Below, piece by piece: positions 60,004 through 64,000 of a DNA stretch of 64,000 nt. The notes below the pieces were generated by a model. The model did no database searches and was not told the origin of the DNA. It was given only the letters and a program-made list of their open reading frames with translations. The translations under genes were made by a program, and so were the position numbers. Location: NCBI GenBank assembly GCA_037925075.1, contig JAXSNR010000001.1, positions 128,001-192,000 on the forward strand, in the 5' to 3' direction. Within the stretch, counting starts at the first letter, position 1. Each line of letters begins with the position of its first letter. The stretch is from Aquificaceae bacterium (GTDB lineage Bacteria; Aquificota; Aquificia; Aquificales; Aquificaceae).

Positions 60004-61116
60004 ATGCGAAGATTCTTTAAAGATGTTCTCCAAGACCTTTGGCTTAGCTACCACTGGCAAATTCAAAACAGAATAAAAACAAAAGAAGAGCTAAAAAGGT
60101 ACATAAGGCTCACCCAGGAAGAAGAGGAAGGCATAGACAAAACCGCAGGACTTTATCCTATGGCAATAACACCCTACTATCTTTCTTTGATAGACCCAGA
60201 AGACCCCAATGACCCTATAAGGCTTCAAGCAATACCAAGGGCTGTGGAGGTGGACGAAGAAGTTCAAAGGATGGGAGAGCCAGACCCCTTTAGGGAAGAA
60301 GGACAAATCCCCGGGCTTACCCACAGGTACCCCGACAGGATTCTCTTTACCCTTACCACCTTCTGTGCGGTTTATTGTAGGCATTGTATGAGAAAGAGAA
60401 TTTTCCAAGAGGGAGAAAGGGCAAGGACAAGGGAAGAGATTGACAGGTTTTTAGATTATGTAAGAGAACACCAAGAGGTAAGAGATGTTTTGATATCTGG
60501 AGGTGAGCCCCTTTCTGTAAGCAACGAAAAGCTTGAGTATGTGCTCTCTAACCTACGGAAAATTCCCCATGTGGAGATAATAAGGATTGGCACAAGGCTT
60601 CCCGTGCTTGCACCACAAAGGTTTTTCGACAAAGAGCTTTTACAAATTCTCGAGAGATACTCCCCCATCTGGATAAGTACGCACTTTAACCATCCTAAAG
60701 AGATCACGGAAGAATCCGCAGAAGCTATAGACCTACTTTTAAAACATGGAGTGCCGGTCAATAACCAAACGGTGCTTTTAAAGGGTGTAAACGACAACCC
60801 AAAGGTGATGCTTGAGCTTATGAGAGGGCTACTTAGGATAAAGGTCCGTCCCGTGTACCTCTTCCACTGTGATCCCGTAAAGGGTGCGGTGCATTTCAGG
60901 ACTGGGCTTGATAAGGGTCTTGAGATAATGGAATACCTTAGAGGGAAAATATCGGGCATGGGCATACCCACCTATGCGCTAGACCTTCCCGGTGGTAAGG
61001 GAAAGGTGCCTGTAAGTCCCAACTACATAGTAAGTAGAGAGGGTGATACATACCTTTTCAAAAGCCCCCTTGGTGGCTTTGTGGAGTACACCATAAAGGA
61101 TGCGGAAGTATTTTAG
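60004..61116 (+). CDS. KamA-family radical SAM protein (lysine 2,3-aminomutase-like)
   Basis: HRYPDR, CAVYCRHCMRK, SGGEPL, HFNHPKE, NQTVLLKGVND, PGGKGK. Confidence 0.92.
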   Translation: MRRFFKDVLQDLWLSYHWQIQNRIKTKEELKRYIRLTQEEEEGIDKTAGLYPMAITPYYLSLIDPEDPNDPIRLQAIPRAVEVDEEVQRMGEPDPFREEGQIPGLTHRYPDRILFTLTTFCAVYCRHCMRKRIFQEGERARTREEIDRFLDYVREHQEVRDVLISGGEPLSVSNEKLEYVLSNLRKIPHVEIIRIGTRLPVLAPQRFFDKELLQILERYSPIWISTHFNHPKEITEESAEAIDLLLKHGVPVNNQTVLLKGVNDNPKVMLELMRGLLRIKVRPVYLFHCDPVKGAVHFRTGLDKGLEIMEYLRGKISGMGIPTYALDLPGGKGKVPVSPNYIVSREGDTYLFKSPLGGFVEYTIKDAEVF

Positions 61117-61864
61117 AGCCTTGCTCTTTGCCCTCGTGGATGCCTTTAGAGAAAACCTTGGCTATCATAGTGCGTCCTTGACATACCAGTTTTTAACAGT
61201 TATAGGTTCTGTGATAATGCTTCTTGGGTTTTTATCCATGTATATGCCCTTCCTTGAACCTATGAGTGTCTATGAATATGTGAAGGGTCTTTTGCCTTCT
61301 CATGCAAAGTTGGTTTTTGACAAGCTTTTACCCGTGTATGAAAAAAGGGCGTCTGGATCCTTGATTTCTGTAGCTCTTGCCTACTACTTTTCTCTCTCCT
61401 TTGCTAAGGCTTTGAATGTGTCCTTTGGCTTTGTATATGGGCAAAAGCCCTTAAAAAGCGAAATCTTCTTCTGGGTCTTTATGCCACTTCTTTTGATAGC
61501 CTACACTACCGCTTTATCCATAGGTGTAGCTCTGTTAGCCATAACTAAATCTTTTCTTGGAGCTTTGTACCAAAGATTGACGGAGTTTCTTAACTTCTTG
61601 CTTTTGTTGTCCATAGTTAGTATGCTTTATGTTTCCTACTTTCGCCCTCAAAAGCCCATCTTCTTTGCCTCTGCCTTTACTACCCTTTTGCTTACAATAC
61701 TTAACAAGCTCTTTGCCTTGATAATTGTAAAACTCATAAGTGCAAGCCCTCTGTACAGTGTTATAGGCTCACCCCTTTTGTTTCTCCTTTGGCTCTACTA
61801 TTCCTTTTTCTGTCTTCTTCTTGGTGTTTGTTTTCTAAAAAGGTTAGACAAGCCTCTCCAATAG
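61100..61864 (+). CDS. YihY/BrkB family membrane protein
   Basis: HSASLTY, ALNVSFG, LYSVIGS..LLWLYY. Confidence 0.75.
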   Translation: MRKYFRALLFALVDAFRENLGYHSASLTYQFLTVIGSVIMLLGFLSMYMPFLEPMSVYEYVKGLLPSHAKLVFDKLLPVYEKRASGSLISVALAYYFSLSFAKALNVSFGFVYGQKPLKSEIFFWVFMPLLLIAYTTALSIGVALLAITKSFLGALYQRLTEFLNFLLLLSIVSMLYVSYFRPQKPIFFASAFTTLLLTILNKLFALIIVKLISASPLYSVIGSPLLFLLWLYYSFFCLLLGVCFLKRLDKPLQ

Positions 61865-62197
61865 GTTGTTGGCTCCATTGAGCTTCTGATAGGCGGAGGA
61901 CAGAACGTAGTATATCTGCTCGCCCTCCGCTATGGAAAGGTCATACAGAGTTATACTGAGGTCCTTAAGCACTTGGTAAAGAGTTGTATACAGGCTTTCA
62001 TCAAGTTTTTTGTCTGGTTTGGGTATTTCTTTGTAAGCACGCATTATGTAATCACACATCCCTTTTATACTCTTGGTTATGTTAATTATCTCCGGATCAT
62101 GAGCATAGAGCTGTAGCACTTCCTGATACCTTTCCTCTATTTCCTGAGCGGTGCTTCTAAAAAGTAGGTCTTCCAAAAAGAAAAGTTCTCCTTCCAT
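61844..62197 (-). CDS. Hypothetical protein
   Basis: 117-aa ORF with GGAGG SD. Confidence 0.7.
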   Translation of the reverse strand: MEGELFFLEDLLFRSTAQEIEERYQEVLQLYAHDPEIINITKSIKGMCDYIMRAYKEIPKPDKKLDESLYTTLYQVLKDLSITLYDLSIAEGEQIYYVLSSAYQKLNGANNLLERLV

Positions 62198-62239
62198 CTT
62201 TGACCCTCCAGTATAAATATCGTCGGTTGAGAGGAATTT

Positions 62240-62692
62240 TCAACCTAGGTTTTTGTCAATAAAGAGAAGGATTTCTTCAATAGTGTCCGCGTAGAAAAGC
62301 CCTTCAACCTTGTGGGTCCTGTAGCCTATTATGGGCTTTTTGAGAATGAGAGCGTAAGCGATCTCCGAAAGGGTCCCCCAATTACCACCTATGGCCACAA
62401 CCACATCGCCACTGGCAACCACCAAAGGGTTCCTGTTCCAGCTCATGCCAGTCCTTATCTTTATATCCACATATGGATTTGCCTCCTCTCCTTCGTAAGA
62501 GGGTAGTATACCCACGGTTAGACCACCTTGTTCCTTCGCACCTTTGCAAACAGCCTCCATAACGCCACCACGCCCACCACAAACCACCACCAAGCCCCGC
62601 TTGGCTATCTCTTTACCAAGCTTGTAAGCGAGTATGTATTCTTCATCTTCAGGCTTTGCGGTAGAAGACCCTATTACTGCTACCTGCTTCAT
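62240..62692 (-). CDS. LOG-family (TIGR00725-like) protein
   Basis: CGGRGGVMEAVCKGA, RN, GGNWGTLSEIA. Confidence 0.88.
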   Translation of the reverse strand: MKQVAVIGSSTAKPEDEEYILAYKLGKEIAKRGLVVVCGGRGGVMEAVCKGAKEQGGLTVGILPSYEGEEANPYVDIKIRTGMSWNRNPLVVASGDVVVAIGGNWGTLSEIAYALILKKPIIGYRTHKVEGLFYADTIEEILLFIDKNLG

Positions 62693-63027
62693 TTACTACC
62701 TAAGGACTTTATCAACTCTACAAAGGTTGGGTTCAAAAGTGTCAAACCAAGTAATACAAGGCCTATTAGAACCTTAAGGTAAATCTCAATCCTATCAATC
62801 CGTCTTTCCATTTCCAATCTTAGGGCTTTAAGCTCTCCGTGAAATTCTTCCTTTGTGATAAGCTCCTTTGTAAGCTCGTCTTTTAGCTCCGCCTTTAGAA
62901 TGGGTTTTTGCTCCTTAGCCTTTTCCTCTATAAGCTTTAAACTTTCCTCTAAGACCTTTGCCACTCTGTCTGCTTTTTCTTTCCCTAATTCCTCCTCAAG
63001 TATTTTGTAAACTTCGTAGCTTAGCAT
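62689..63027 (-). CDS. DUF1640/CCDC90-like coiled-coil protein with C-terminal TM
   Basis: Paralog of 40667-41035 ([30 protein letters not shown]). Confidence 0.7.
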   Translation of the reverse strand: MLSYEVYKILEEELGKEKADRVAKVLEESLKLIEEKAKEQKPILKAELKDELTKELITKEEFHGELKALRLEMERRIDRIEIYLKVLIGLVLLGLTLLNPTFVELIKSLGSK

Positions 63028-63034
63028 AGTGTTT

Positions 63035-64000
63035 TTAATTATAAACCTTCAAGCTTTGAGTATTAAGCACCTTCCTTAGGTATTGCCCCGTGTAAGAGTC
63101 TGGATTTTCCGCCACTTCTTCGGGAGTTCCAACCGCTACCACATATCCCCCGGCGTCTCCACCCTCAGGTCCAAGGTCTATGATCCAATCCGCACATTTT
63201 ATCACATCAAGGTTGTGTTCTATGACCACCACCGTGTTTCCCTTCTCCACAAGCCTTTGGAGTATGTCAATCAGCTTTTTTACATCGTCCATGTGAAGGC
63301 CGGTAGTTGGCTCATCCAAGAGGTATAGGGTTTTACCACCTTCCTTTTTGGAAAGCTCCCGGGCAAGTTTTATCCTTTGGGCTTCCCCTCCAGAAAGGGT
63401 TGTGGCAGGTTGTCCAAGCCTTATGTAGCCAAGGCCTATGTCCTTCAGAAGCTCAAGCTTTCTTCTTATAGTGGGTATGTTTTCAAAAAACTCGTAGGCT
63501 TCATCCACGGTCATATCAAGCACGTCCGCTATGCTTTTGCCCTTGTAGAGAATATCAAGTGTCTCCCGGTTGTACCTTTTACCTTTACATACATCACAGG
63601 GCACATAAACCGGTGGAAGAAAATGCATTTCCACCTTTATAACGCCTTCTCCCTGACAAGCTTCACACCTGCCACCTTTGACGTTAAAGGAAAACCTCCC
63701 TGCCTTGTAACCCCTTGCCTTCGCCTCAGGCGTTTGGGCAAAGAGTTCACGAATAAGGTCAAAAACCTTGGTATAGGTGGCAGGGTTTGACCTTGGAGTT
63801 CTTCCTATGGGAGATTGGTCTATGTTGATAACACGGTCAAAGTGCTCAAGCCCTTCTATTCTCTCAAAGCCTTCCACCTCCGGTGTTCCACCATAAAAGA
63901 CAGCCCTTGTATACTCCCAAAGGATGTCGTATATAAGGGTGGACTTGCCGCTACCAGAAACACCCGTTATACACACAAAAAGCCCCACGGGAATTTCTAC
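63035..64000 (-). CDS. uvrA: Excinuclease ABC subunit A, C-terminal part (5' end beyond window)
   Basis: [24 protein letters not shown], zinc finger [30 protein letters not shown]; frame open to the window edge. Confidence 0.96.
   Translation of the reverse strand, partial: VEIPVGLFVCITGVSGSGKSTLIYDILWEYTRAVFYGGTPEVEGFERIEGLEHFDRVINIDQSPIGRTPRSNPATYTKVFDLIRELFAQTPEAKARGYKAGRFSFNVKGGRCEACQGEGVIKVEMHFLPPVYVPCDVCKGKRYNRETLDILYKGKSIADVLDMTVDEAYEFFENIPTIRRKLELLKDIGLGYIRLGQPATTLSGGEAQRIKLARELSKKEGGKTLYLLDEPTTGLHMDDVKKLIDILQRLVEKGNTVVVIEHNLDVIKCADWIIDLGPEGGDAGGYVVAVGTPEEVAENPDSYTGQYLRKVLNTQSLKVYN

Overview
Gene-dense bacterial chromosomal segment. Several genes point to a thermophilic Aquificaceae member (Hydrogenobacter/Thermocrinis-like): the 2-oxoglutarate carboxylase cfiBA of the reverse TCA cycle, a stand-alone CC-adding tRNA nucleotidyltransferase, a long ThyX and a short sigma-54. 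Content includes a Cus-type copper efflux operon, pstSCAB, an AT-rich three-gene envelope island, coaX/thrB, thiC, an M23-bactofilin pair, an acetate cluster (acs, SSS permease, DUF294, exonuclease), initiator tRNA-Met, rpoN, hemN, an archaeal-type SAM synthetase, a partial nuo cluster with two inserted genes, ilvD, pheA, thiO, phoX, rplU/rpmA, thyX, cobB, a KamA-family gene and partial uvrA. The main unannotated signal is a promoter architecture, NCTTAAY-(C/G)AAA-TCTTAAC-N10-TAnnnT, found five times by eye. It precedes pstS and phoX, which suggests a Pho box. It also precedes (i) a ferrosome (fez)-like operon built around an atypical P1B-6-type ATPase with GxxxG small membrane proteins and an SCP2 lipid-transfer protein, (ii) a DUF2334 deacetylase / PHP-glycosyltransferase fusion / GT4 operon, and (iii) a 68-aa orphan. 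These form an approx. 8 kb candidate phosphate-starvation module linking iron-phosphate storage and membrane lipid remodelling. All family calls come from motif recognition only; no database searches were run.
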